Shown here piece after piece: positions 25,601 through 38,627 of a stretch of DNA of 64,000 bases. Below the pieces are notes generated by a model, which worked only from the letters and a program-made list of their open reading frames with translations, was not told the DNA's origin and ran no database searches. Positions within the stretch are counted from its first letter, which is position 1. Each line of letters starts with the position of its first letter. The translations under genes were made by a program, and so were the position numbers. The DNA is from Lingula anatina (lineage: Eukaryota; Animalia; Brachiopoda): positions 5,146,001-5,210,000 of the forward strand of contig CM120647.1 of assembly GCA_051362555.1 (NCBI GenBank), given 5' to 3'.

Positions 25601-28600
25601 CCAATTTGGGTGATGAAATACTTTCTCAGGGATGCAGTCTCACTCCGTAACAATTGTTATCTTGCCTTTAAACACAAAGGTGTTAAATTGACGAGAGTTG
25701 CTTATGCTTATACATTGCAAAAAGGAATATAAACGCCGATATTTTATATTTTCGAGTTTCTAATTGTTTTAAATCAACACAAAGATAGATGCATTTTTGA
25801 ATAATAAGATGCAGGAAATCCTCCATTTCGGTATCTGGATGATAATAAAGAATTACAATAGACTCGCCCTTCAAGAAATCGACGCCTTCAAGAAATCGAC
25901 GAAAACCGGAAGTGCGTGTTTTTTGCACTGTTTTTCCTGTCATGCCCATCGTAAACAATGTGTTGTCAAGTAAAACGAAGCGTCTGATACAAAGTATCAA
26001 ACGCGGCATTCACGTGCTTGCTTGCGATGCGTTCAGTACACTTTGTTTACACTGACAAGTCGAGGTCAGGAATGCACAATGTTTTTCTATGTAATTACGC
26101 AGTTTCAATTTTGATTAGTGAATTTTCTTTTATCTGCATGGTCATTTTCCGAACATTTGTATGAGCCACGAAGTATTTCTCATCGGAAAATCACCCAGCA
26201 GCTTTCCAAGTAGAAGCGAGTGACGTCATGACGCACTTTCGGTTTTCGTCGAGCAATTGAAGGGATTAGCGTTACGGTTTGCTGCACATTTAAAGCGTTC
26301 TGTCTCAAAACGTACTCAACTGCTTGGATTGAAATTTACAGAACTTATTCTTCACATGATATCACACATATGTGCTTAATTTGAGAGCTTTAGCTGTTAT
26401 ATGTTTTCTACAGTGCCCATTCTAAATTGAAAAAGAGCTATTTTCCGTCGATTTCTTGAAGGGCAAGTCTACCCTTAAGAGACTAGTCTTTAAAATTTTC
26501 AATAAAATAAGATATAATTTGATATTTTATTTCAAATACACATTTACTACACAATGACTGGCATAATTTATAATTGATTTTAATTGCTATTTTCATATTA
26601 ATGTTTTTTTTTCTAATTTCTACATTTTGTTTTGATGAAAAAATATCCGTTGTGTAAAATGAATTAAAAAGCACCTTAAAGCGCTGGACATCAGGCCCCC
26701 GTTTCACAAAAAAACTTAAGTCGGTTTCCCTGACTTAGGGCTTGGTTACCAACGTAATTAGGTCGTTACGTCACTAAGTCCCGTTTCACAAAGAATCTAA
26801 AAGGTCGCTTACGTCGTTTTTTTTTTCTTAGCTGTAAGTCGACGATGTCAAGCCTCCTCGGGAGGAGACTTAAGTCGGCAAGCTCAACTAAAACTCGGTA
26901 AATGAGAGCATAAACAACAAAAATTTGGAAAGAACATACCTCCTTCAAGATATTGTGTTATAATATCCTTGAATAGCACTGACATTTATGGAATATTAAA
27001 ATAAAAAAAAATAAAATTCCACTTTACCCAGCCGATCGCGTGTTTGTTTATGTTTTTGACCGCTAGACGTCCCTCAGTAGTGTCCCACGACAAGCTAATG
27101 TTTAACTGTTACTTTGAAGTTGTATTGAAGTTAATCTAATCAATTAAGTTCGAAAACAAACTTTGTTTGTGTTTTGGTCGACTTTTATTGTTGATAAACG
27201 ATCGTTCTCGGCCGAAAGAGGCCATGAAACGTCATGTCTTGTGAAACTTTTGCAATTTTACACCTCCTTTTCTGGAAGAGTTTCTCGTGCGCGTCGACTA
27301 CGGTAAGCACGCCAAGCTAAGACGTTAGATTCTTTGTGAAACACTCCTAGTCGACTTCAGCTAAGTCGACCTAGCTAGGCCACCCAGTTCGAGCTAGTCG
27401 ACTACGGATTTAAGATTCTTTGTGAAACGGGGGCCAGATACTGTGTGATGTTGAGCAGCACAATGCTAATCATAAAGGGTGTTGTATTCAATCTGACATA
27501 TTTCAAAATTTGTTTTTTTGCTTTACAAAACCTTTTAGAACTAAAGCCAAATATATTTAGTAAATGAGAAGTATCACCTAAAAGTCATTAATTCACCTTA
27601 AAATTCACCAATAATGCTTAGATTTTAATTCTATAAAGTGAGCATGGTTGACCCTTGATTTACCAGTATTATCAGTGATCGACAAATGCATGGTAATATG
27701 TGCTCTATATAAATAGTAAAGGAATAGATGGATATATTTTAGATATTGTACATTGTACAATAATTATTTACCTGACTTCTTCCAAATTGTACGAGACTTA
27801 AGACTTCAGACTCTGTGAAGAAGGCTTCTCAAATCAAATAATAATTTTATAGCCTAAAAAATGTTCCTTTTAAAAGGTGCTAAAATTAATATTTATGAAA
27901 AAGTATATACACCCTAACGTTCAAGAGTGGCTGATATCTTCACATTCAATAAGTAAACATTTTTTTTCTAAAAAAGACGCTTGGGGCTCCGAACTTTGTT
28001 CAAAAGCATAACACTATTCAGTAGTAATAATAATTATATGTCCGTTGTACAACGTTTTAAAAACGTTTCAAATGTTTTAATCCCTATCCTGTGAATAGAA
28101 GGGGGCGGACAAACAATGGAGAGCCGTCCAAATCCCTTCAATATTTGAACGTAAAAACACAATAGTTTAGGCGTAATAACACGCAATACCTTAGGCGAGT
28201 GAGCCCCATGACACCGGTATCTGTGGTCCAGCGCGAGCGCAACAATCTGCTGTAACAAAGTGCAATTAACAGCAGGATACATCAGCCAGAAAGTCCCATT
28301 GTTTGTTGTGGCGAGAGGATTATAGCTGTAAGAGGCTTGAACCCATGCTACCGCGTGCCACAAACCGTCTTCCGTAGCGAACTGTCCTTTTGCTCACTAG
28401 TTTGGCACGCGCAGTTCATTATCTTTTTAGTGTTGCTAACAAACTGCTAATTAAATTTGTTATCAGGTATTTCATTCAATATGAATTTTTCCGTAGTCAA
28501 AAATTGAACTAAGTATTGTTTGTTTGATTAACATGCATGAGCGGCAGCATCAACCTCAAAAAATTTATCGCATTAATTTATAAATGAATAATTTATTTAC

Positions 28601-31600
28601 ATACTTACTGATTCAAGTATTTATAAAACATGAAGGATAATGAAAAAAAAAAAAAAAAAAAACAACAGCGAATGGCATTTTCAAAAAAGGGACAATACAT
28701 GACAAATATATTACTTATACTATATTTATATTATTATATTTAAATAAAATGAGGTGCACTGACAGAGACGCAAGGGGAATCCAACTCCAACGTGCAACAG
28801 GGGGGCTATGCCATTGTGATCACACAATACATGAGAGTACGGTCAATTTACAGTGTAAATCATCAGTTAAAGAGGAGGAGGTCTTACCATAGCTCGCTAT
28901 CTATTGTTAAATGCAACTCTTCGTATCTCTCGAACAAGCTTAAACCATGCCCATACAATTACTGTGTCTACGGCTGCCGTGCAGAAACGCCATGTCGAAC
29001 ATATTTTGCTACAGTTACAAACAGTGAACACTAGCGACTTGTTTTAGATCACTCAAGTAAGAATGCATGCATGCGATACATGGGTGGAAAACAATCAAGT
29101 ATGCAACTGATCTATTAATTGTGATTGCACAGTACGTGTAACTAGACCTTTGTTCTAACTCAGTAGTTCGGGATAGGAAGCTTGGACAAAACTGTTCTAT
29201 TCAACTGCCACCACATCCGAGGAAACCTTCACTGAACCCTCTACCTGAAGTCCCCCTAGCTGAAACAAAAATGCCCCTTGAACCTGTCCGTTTGTTAATC
29301 GTCAAATGATTTGTGATTTCATTGAACGTCTTTGATCGACAGCTTTTAAGTGACAATAACCGAACCTTGTCCTGATTATTTTTTAAAACGTAGGTTTATT
29401 CATCATGGTCTATTTTGTAAACAATACTTGCCTAGATTTTACTTGGATTGATCATCGGCACTGTTTGGCTACTCGCTTATAATGCGAGCTATAATAATAA
29501 TAATCTTTATTGGAGAAATCGCAACCCGAAGGTTGAAGTTATACAATTACATATATGAATATTTAAGTCAAGGAAGCCTGGTTATTTTTGCACTGGTGCA
29601 CTCCGTAGGCGGTCTCACCTCTCTGGGGAGCATACAGCTGAACGACAGACAACTTATAAATATTATGTGTTACTGTTTAAATGAACACATTTAGTTAAAA
29701 TATAACGACGCCGGTGATTTAATCCATCCAACATATCTATATTTGTTCTTTTAAAACCAGTGTCAGGTTAACACCAAATCAAAGCAAGACTGGTTTTGTA
29801 AAGCTAAAGCTAAATAAAGCCTGTTTCTAGTTCACAGTGTTTATCCCAGCTACTTGTATAAAACTGCATGAAGAATATAACAATACTCCGTAGCGAAATA
29901 CATGTAACTTTCACAATGCTCTGTGCTTTACCTTTGACGTTAACTTCGCCCTGCTATATACATGAACAGATGTTGCAGATTGTAACAAAAATTTTATTAT
30001 AGTGCTTTTATGACATATGCTTTACATATTTGATAGTGAAACACTCATCGGCTTAAATGAATCACCTGACGTTAACTATGCCTCCCCCTCCCATGCCTCC
30101 CGAAAAACTGCTTCTTTTAATTTCAAAATGAATTGTTTTTAAGACAAAGAAGTTCATTAACCCTTTTACGACTCAGTCATTGTACAGCATGTTGTAATCG
30201 ATATTTAAAAAAAAATATTGTACTCCGCTTTTCAGTGTTCATCCTGGTGCTTTCATCGGGGATACCTCAGGTTGAGGTACGATTTCGTCGCTAGGCTAAA
30301 TCCATATGTTACTGGAATACATTTAAGTACACGTAAAGCTTTGTAAAGTCCCTATTGTCACACATCATAGATACTGAATTTTGTCTTGAATGAAAAAAAC
30401 AATACCGTCAGCTTTTCGTTTTGTGCTTAAACCTTTCATGACTTGGACCGAGGTTTGATATGCAGTTTACTGTAGCTACTATGATATTCCTCAGCATCTA
30501 AATGATAAACGAGGTTGTCTACCTGTAAAAACAGCAGCGGCGGTTTAAATGATCGCTATCTCGGTTCCTTTGTTTATGTATTTATTTATTTTTTTCTGAC
30601 AGTCACACAAAGACCGACGTTGTTTTGTCTTCACATTTTCTCTTCCTTTTTTACTGCAGTTACTATCGTCAATTCATGAAACCATCGGATAAAGCAATTT
30701 AGTGACGGCACATTGAATATAGTCACAGGGTGCATTTCGCTGAGTGTTTACAAGATCTAGCGACACATTTTATCTCCCTGCGTTCTAGTCTGATAAATCA
30801 GGGGGCGTTTATGCTGAATCGGGGAATCAGTAGATATGTCAAAAAATGAAGAGATTCTCGAGGAGGCCGGTAGTGTTGAAAGGTCTGAGTAATTTTGTCT
30901 GTTAAATGTGAAGGCTAGCTTAGATTATCATACAATGGATGGTATCATAATTGCCTTAGATCTTCAGTGTGTGCAACAAGTGAAGCAACAAATGATAATA
31001 AAAAAACGTCAGGAAGAAAACGAAATATAATATTTTTAAATTTAAACAGTCACTCTGGTGGCTTTGCGTCATGTCTTTGAATCTGACATCGAATTTAGCC
31101 CACAATATTAGTAAATTCAGAATTAATAGCTAAAACGTAAATTGACACCTGCCCTTATTTGTCAGATAAAAAAAAAAAATGCCGGTGATCCAAGCGGAGG
31201 ATACGCTTTCCTGAATGTACCGGCGCTGAACGGTGACGGTGTTTTTCTGAACAACTTACCTGTGAATCTGTATTAGTTACGAAAAGCCCCCTTTTCAACA
31301 GGCATGTTTTATTAATTAATTCATGTCACAGAGTAAATTTATTGGGCTGGTCCACAACGTCCGACACAGCAGAATGAATCAAATAACAGCTTTCACAGAT
31401 TCAACTGCCGTTGGCTATATAGTATCATTACAAATACAATCCGCTGCTCGCGCGAAGCTGTTGAACAAAAGGATAGTTCGCTACGAGAGACTGTTTGTTT
31501 ACATATGTACTCTAAGGGGGGAGTGCCTACCCAGGCAACCAGGGGATTAGGCTAGTCACTGTATTCCTTCAAAAACCGTTTAGCGACCCTATAATTATCA

Positions 31601-32893
31601 CACTCCCTCTATTGTTTTTTCTGTCGTTATAATCGCCTCTAATCTTCTTATGGTAGATGGAATACATGTACACATACATAATATTAGGACGGTGCACTCA
31701 AACCCAATATTGCGGTGCATTAAACATGTGTCCATAAATAAAATTGAATTAATTCAAAGTTGTATTCACTTTTTTAAAAATATCTACGTGTATAGAACAA
31801 AAATCTACGACTGTTTCAATTTAAATCTGAATTTTCACCATGTCTTTACATTTTGCAAAAAAGCCCTAAATGGTAATATGTGTTCCAGAAACGTATGTTA
31901 ACGTATGTTCCGGGTCGCTCAATTTTAATTTTTATACTGCGTTCCAATATATTTTGTAGTGTTTCACTCATGGTAAACTATACATGACGAGGCTGTTTCT
32001 ATAAATATTTAAACTGTAAGTGGGGTTAGATGATGATTTACTTTATTATTATTCATTGTTACAGGAGAGTGAAACTTTGATACAAACTTCTTCATGTGGG
32101 ACCCTAAAATAATCAAATATAGTTTGCAATATATGCACTGGATATTCTTAAGAGCATGCCTGTGACATCGATTGCACCATTATATTGGGTTTGGGTGTAT
32201 AACATGTTCATGATTCATTGACAAAATACCAATTATACCATTTTTCTTTAAGTTATGTTTAAAAAATATTTTTTGGCTTAATTATATGAAAAATCAATGA
32301 AATATGACCTCTCCTGACGTTTGTCCCATTATCACTGACCCTTGACTAATTGCCGTAATTATATATAATTCATTGATATATTTTACCATGTTGATGTAGT
32401 AAGCCCTTTCTCCCCCCTTCCCCAACTTTCAAATAGGGGATATTAAGACTGTTCTCCTCACATTCATTTTCATAATTTTATGAAATTCTTGAGGCTCTAA
32501 ATTGTCATAAGTATTACACTTAAGCGTGGTCACAAATCATTCCTCAAATGCTAAAACATTTATTCAAACAATGTTTTTTTAAAACTTTTTTGTTTGAATT
32601 TTAAGAAACTCATAAACTGTGACCTCTTGTGACCTCTGACCCAATATCAATGACTCCTGACTAATTGTCACGAATCTTTGACTTATGGAATTAAATGTCT
32701 CATACACTAACTCCTTAATGGTATATTAATATATCTTTATCGTTCTCATATTTCCTTTTCTCTACCCCCATCTGAAAAAAAAAAGCAATTGCCACTGGTG
32801 GGTTGGAGTTATATAAGGTGTGCAATATACTGCTATCCCACATATTTGGACAATAGAGGCATAGGCCTTACTAAAATCACTATGATAATTCGT

Positions 32894-32948
<55 letters not shown>

Positions 32949-34238
32949 ATGTCAACACAAGTGGGCCTGATTTGGTATTAAAGTGCAATTTAAGACTAAA
33001 ACTAGTCTGAGGCTAGTTGGTCTGACTTACTTTAAAAGCGAAAAATCACGAAAACATTGTTTTAAGTGTGAAATTCTAATAATGGATCCCTACAGTATAA
33101 AAAGATTTTAAATGAAATTGAAACTGAATATTTTTATGGTAGATTGAAGTGACTTTTCGAATGTTTGTGGCAAATAAAAAGGCATATCTTGTTTTAAAAT
33201 AAATGTACCTTTTTTATTGCTTTTGAAGCTATATTTTAGGCTCCGATAAATGTGCGAGGGGAGATAACTGCTTTACCACTTCAGTTGAAGTCAGACGAGT
33301 TACAGTCTTACTCACTGGACTTTCAGTTTGTTTTTAGTCTTAAGATCAAATTAAGACACCTCACTTAAAGGGATAACAACTATTCGTATTAAATCTAAAT
33401 TTCACAATAAATACATATTTTTTAGAAAAAAAATAAATAAAATAAAAACAGGGACCAATTTTTAATGTAGAAATGGATTCATTAACCATTGGTAAATATG
33501 GGAAATTGCTGTATACCCCAGAAAAATTCATTTTTTGGGCAAAATGAACAGTTGTTATCCCTTATTTCTTTAAGATCGCCTCAGACTAGTTTTAGTCTTA
33601 AAATGCACTGTAAGACCAAATCAGACCCATTAGTGAAAGAGTACGGTTCATGGCCTAAATGATGCATATATTACTCGGTCGTTTTAAAGCATATTATTAA
33701 ATCAATTCAACGGGTACCCCTGTTGTATTTACGTATCTCATTATTCCACATTTTTAAACATCTCAGATTTGCCGAATGTTGCTGGGTACCACTGGAAACA
33801 GGATCTTTAAAAAGTATAAAAGTTACAACTAAATATAATGCTGGTATCCGAAACGACACGGGAAAACCAAATGCAAGCCCTGTAACCACAAGTAACCCCT
33901 TGGTTAGGTAAGTACTTGGTGGCGCAAAACGTGTTTAATGCAAGTAAATTTTCACGGAACACCATATTACTTTAATCACAGATGAATAAGATTAGTGCAA
34001 AAAAAGTTAATATAATTAGCTAGGGAGCTCGCTAATAACGCATTGATCCACTATAATTAAAATGGTTCTTGTCATTATTTTTATTATCAATAGCATGGAT
34101 ATCACATGTGGCTATCAATTTGACATCCCGAGTGTTGATGCAGATGGGGATATTGTAAGATGTCGCTGGGCAATTGGATATGCTGAGTGCGGCAACGTGT
34201 GTGGGCCACTTCCGGGGTCAACTTTGTATCCAGTACGT

Positions 34239-34285
<47 letters not shown>

Positions 34286-35446
34286 CTTCCTTATCGTCAT
34301 ATATATATAAATAAATTTCCACTTGGAATGCATTTCGAAAGTTTTTGACATGACAAAAACATTCGGGATGCCACAAGAATGGGTAAAAATATTTAGAATG
34401 CACACGGAATTTTTAGAATGCTCTTCGATTATCCAGGAGCGCACTAAGAATTGTCTTTCCGTCGGCATTCTTGCTCATTCCGCCTCTAGTGTGGCGGGGG
34501 CATAATAAAGAATTTTCAAAATTCCAGTAAGAATACCTCAGAATGCGCTTCGAACCCACCTGGAATGATTCTTGCACTTTCCGGTTGTATTGTATTAGCT
34601 CTCAAATGCAGCTCGAAAGTGGTTGGAACACATTAGGAATATCGTTAATGCTGTCTAAATATAGTGAGAATATCTAGAATGCACTTCGAATGCCATACAC
34701 GTGTGGTTTCATTGCTGGCTGAATTACGGCATGGACATAATGAGAGAAGGACGTGAAACGCGGCATCTTCCTTTGAAGCTATGTGCGTTCGGGTAAACAT
34801 TCGCCCATTGTCTCAGATAAGCTGTTTGGATAGCTCCACAGGAGCCTGAACAACTTATTATCAAGGTAGCGCGCGCTGTGCCTCATTGAAATTCTTTTGC
34901 TCTATTGCATGGATAACGCAATTTCTCGCGGTCCCTCGTGGTTGCTATGATACAGCATTGCCTCCATCTTGTAGTTGCTATCACATAGACTTGCGTCAAC
35001 AAGTGGAAATTTGTTTCGGGTTTTCAGTTTCTTTTCCCTGTTACCTATAGGCTCTGGCCTTTGTCTATACTTGTTATCGTTTCCAAGATTGTATTGATAA
35101 ATGTCGAACTGATATATAATTGGTTTAAAAGCATGTTGACTAATAAAGCCAGGTAGGTGCTATCCAAACTCATCTGATAACAAGATAATGCAATGTAGCA
35201 AGCCAATTACAGAGGTGAGACTTAAATCACAAATGTGATCAAGATCCACGATCTAGTTTTCTACTTTTATGACCATTACCCAATGAAATATAATCATGAA
35301 GTTTGCATGTGTACATGTCCACATTTATACTTAAATTAAAAGACCAATGAGTGTGTTTGTCAATCGTCTCTATGCTGTTTAGGGACTCCAATTTAAAGAT
35401 GAAAAATATTAATTATCATTCTCAAACTGGAGCAGACCGTAGCCGG

Positions 35447-35530
<84 letters not shown>

Positions 35531-38500
35531 TTCAGAGCAGTGTTAATGTCAACTTTGATAAAAGAATATTAAGAGGCTCGCAATTGCGTTTTTGTGCGTA
35601 ACGAATGCGTGTGTGGTGCCATATTGCAATGAGAGCCCATATTGAAAGTTTAAAAAATAATAATTATCATTCTCAGACTGGAGCATGGAGCCGGTGTAAC
35701 AGTAATCCAAGTCCCCCAGGAACCGAGGTTAATTTTCATTCCGACTATATTGTAGCTCATTCCGCCTCTAGTGTGACTAGGTTATAAATGAAGATAATAA
35801 GGATATTGTCACCGTTCACCAAAAACTCATTATTTACTGCCTTACATTCTTTTTGGTGATAAATAAATTTTAAGTGTTCAGTGATTACACTAATTAACAT
35901 TTACACATGTCATCTTACAGGTGACAGCATAATTGCAGTTTGGGGATAAAAACTGAAAAATCGGTTTCTCAAATTTTTGTTTAACCTGAACACCCGTGAT
36001 CACTATTTAAAACCGATCTTATGACACCATTTAGTTCCCCCAAACCCTGCCAGCGATTTTTTTAAAGCCTTAGTTCAGATTTGATCGTTGATTAAGCAAA
36101 ATAATACCTTTGTTTTAAGAATATCTGTAATTACGGACTCATAACTCCATAACAAAAGCATTTAGACCAAAATGTTGGCATGGGATTGTAGCTCATGCCC
36201 TTGTGGTCCACTGGCCAATTTTCTTGATAATATCTTGTTCAGGGATGAAGTTAAGCCCCATATGGATTGCTAACTAACCTCAAAAAAGAAAGCTGTTAAA
36301 TAGATGATTAAAGCTTTGAGTTGCCTATGCTTATACATTGCAAAGAAAAAAATATAAACGCCGATATTTTATATTTTCAAGAGTTTTTTTCATTATTTCA
36401 AAGCAGCACAAAGACAGATACATTATTGAATAATTAGATGCAGGAAAAAAACTCATTTTCGGTATCTGGATGGTAATAAAGAGTAACAATATTTTGAAAA
36501 ATTGCTTGATACCAATATCAGATGTAATTTAAAAAGAAAATATTTATTAGATTTGTATTCAGCAGCCAAAATGGCCTCAGAATCCACTTGTCTGAAATTA
36601 AATTTTCCAAAAAAAGCTTTCATTTGCCCACCCCTAGTATTAGTAGGATTGTTAAGGACCAAAAGTTGGCCAAACGCTGCATTTTATAGTACAAATGTCT
36701 AACTTGGCATAAATGTTCCTTGGGCCAAAAGAAGTGTTTTTTTTTTTTTTTTATCCAAAGAAACACGCTCTTTAGATGCATAAATTTGCATAGATTATGC
36801 AAATTAGGTGCCAAAATATATAATATTTCATATTTCCATTAATTTTTGGCCTACAAACATGTATAGATTATCAAACCTGACTAAATTACGGAGAAGGAAC
36901 CCATTTTTGATAATTTGGAAGCAATTGGTGGCCATTTTGTACCTCAATCCAAGATGGCCGCCACCCACCATTTTGAAAGTGGAAATAAGTTTGCTATTTT
37001 ATGTTGAATTTTAAAGCGTTTGGTCTATATATACTTGACATATATATTGATTCCTACTATTTTGGGGGTGCAAATTTCATTTTTGATATTGTTTTGGTGA
37101 TAGTAAGTGATTTGAAGGGACAAAGAGGGTGTTTTAAGTGCCTACCAAGATATGTGTGAACGCTGCAAAACCATGGACATTGATAACCCATATTCAAATA
37201 TATTTCAATGCAATTTTTTTGTTGTATATTATCGATATTGGACTAAATTATGAGCAAAAAAGCTATTTTTTACCATTATGGAAGCCATTGGTGGTTGTTC
37301 TGGTGACAGAGGATAATAAAAAAGGCATAAGGTGTTTTAAGATGATCCCAAGATGAATTTGCCTGTAGTTGTGACATGCTGTTGATGTTTTGTGCTTGTT
37401 CGTCCATTGGAAACAATGAGAACTATGTAGTCGACTTGTGGGTTTCTATTGGTAGTGAGATGACTTGTCTAGCCAAATCATGCTAGGAAGGCTCACTGGC
37501 ACTGTCAACTAGGAAAGGAGGCTGCTTCCTGGACTTTTTTTTGCATTATCCCTCTTGCCTACCTGTGCAGCTGCTGCTTTCTAGTTGGTTTTGCAGATTC
37601 CTTCTTTTGTGTAAAGATGCCACTTTCCTCTGATGCGACATCCCAGCGGGCAAATTATGTTGTTTTAACGTTGAAACAACGTTGAACCATAACGTTGAGA
37701 AGACATTGAATAAACGTTGGATTTGAAAGTTGTGTCAAACTCAGATAACAACGTTGTATCAACGTCAGAAAACGTGAAAAATGTGTCGTCTTATAATACT
37801 ATGGAACTTGGTTAGTTTTGTTGATGCGTAAATGCCCGTGAAAGACAAGCAAATGGACTGCTTGGACTGCTTTGAAATAGCTCCAGATCTCGTATGAAAA
37901 ATCATCCAGCAGCACAGCAAAAAGAAACATGCATGATCAGCTCTGGTAGGCCAATACGACAACAGCCAGTAAGAATTGAGCTTTTGTCAGTGTCCTATGA
38001 GGAACAGCCAAACAATATATTAAAATCATGTTTCCAGAGAAACATCAATGCCTGGGAATGTCCCAGCAGGCAAAGTTGTGTTGGATCAATGTTGAAAACA
38101 GGTTGATACGTTGAATTGCCGTTGATCTACCTAATTTCAACTTACAATCAAAGTTGATCCAGCCACGTCGGAACACCGTCATAATGTGACATTGACTCAG
38201 CGTTGTATTTTGGTCAATGACACAACCTTGCAGTTATCGATTGTAATTTAAAATATTATTTATTGAAAACGTGATACTTTGTTTATCAATACTGTAACCA
38301 AATTTATCAAAATAATAACAAAACGGTTATAAAGTAAAAGTGACAGTTGTTTTGTGTCTCTAGTTAACTAGAGAATTTTCTTTACTTGTTATTCAGAAAT
38401 ACATTCCAATAAACTGAATTCCTTGCAAGGTCATATAACACTAGGATGAAAAAGTTGCTGTAAATGTGATTGAGTTAACAGTTCTTGGTAAACTGTTTTA

Positions 38501-38537
38501 GATAGACAGGTTGAGGTGACTGTGACTTTGTTATACA

Positions 38538-38627
<90 letters not shown>

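Larger units (their letters stand above)
22467..32869. repeat. Long diverged inverted repeat (arms ~22467-23190 and ~32290-32869) spanning most of intron 4; possibly one old TIR element
   Basis: aaggccta..tgtccaaatatg..gatagca..cacaccttatataac and the internal tgacaattagtcaggggtcatt subrepeats are mirrored on the opposite strand. Confidence 0.7.

Noticed and set aside
28034-28363. 109-aa minus-strand ORF in intron 4
   Set aside because: No recognisable motif or splice support. It overlaps repeat-like sequence.
33240-33340. Candidate exon GSDKCARGDNCFTT before exon 5
   Set aside because: It lies inside a MITE and ends in a stop. Exon 21415-21544 already supplies the required phase and motif.
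37660-37770. Regularly spaced AACGTTG motifs resembling a CRISPR-like array
   Set aside because: Eukaryotic context, irregular spacing and no unique spacers. These are MITE subterminal repeats.
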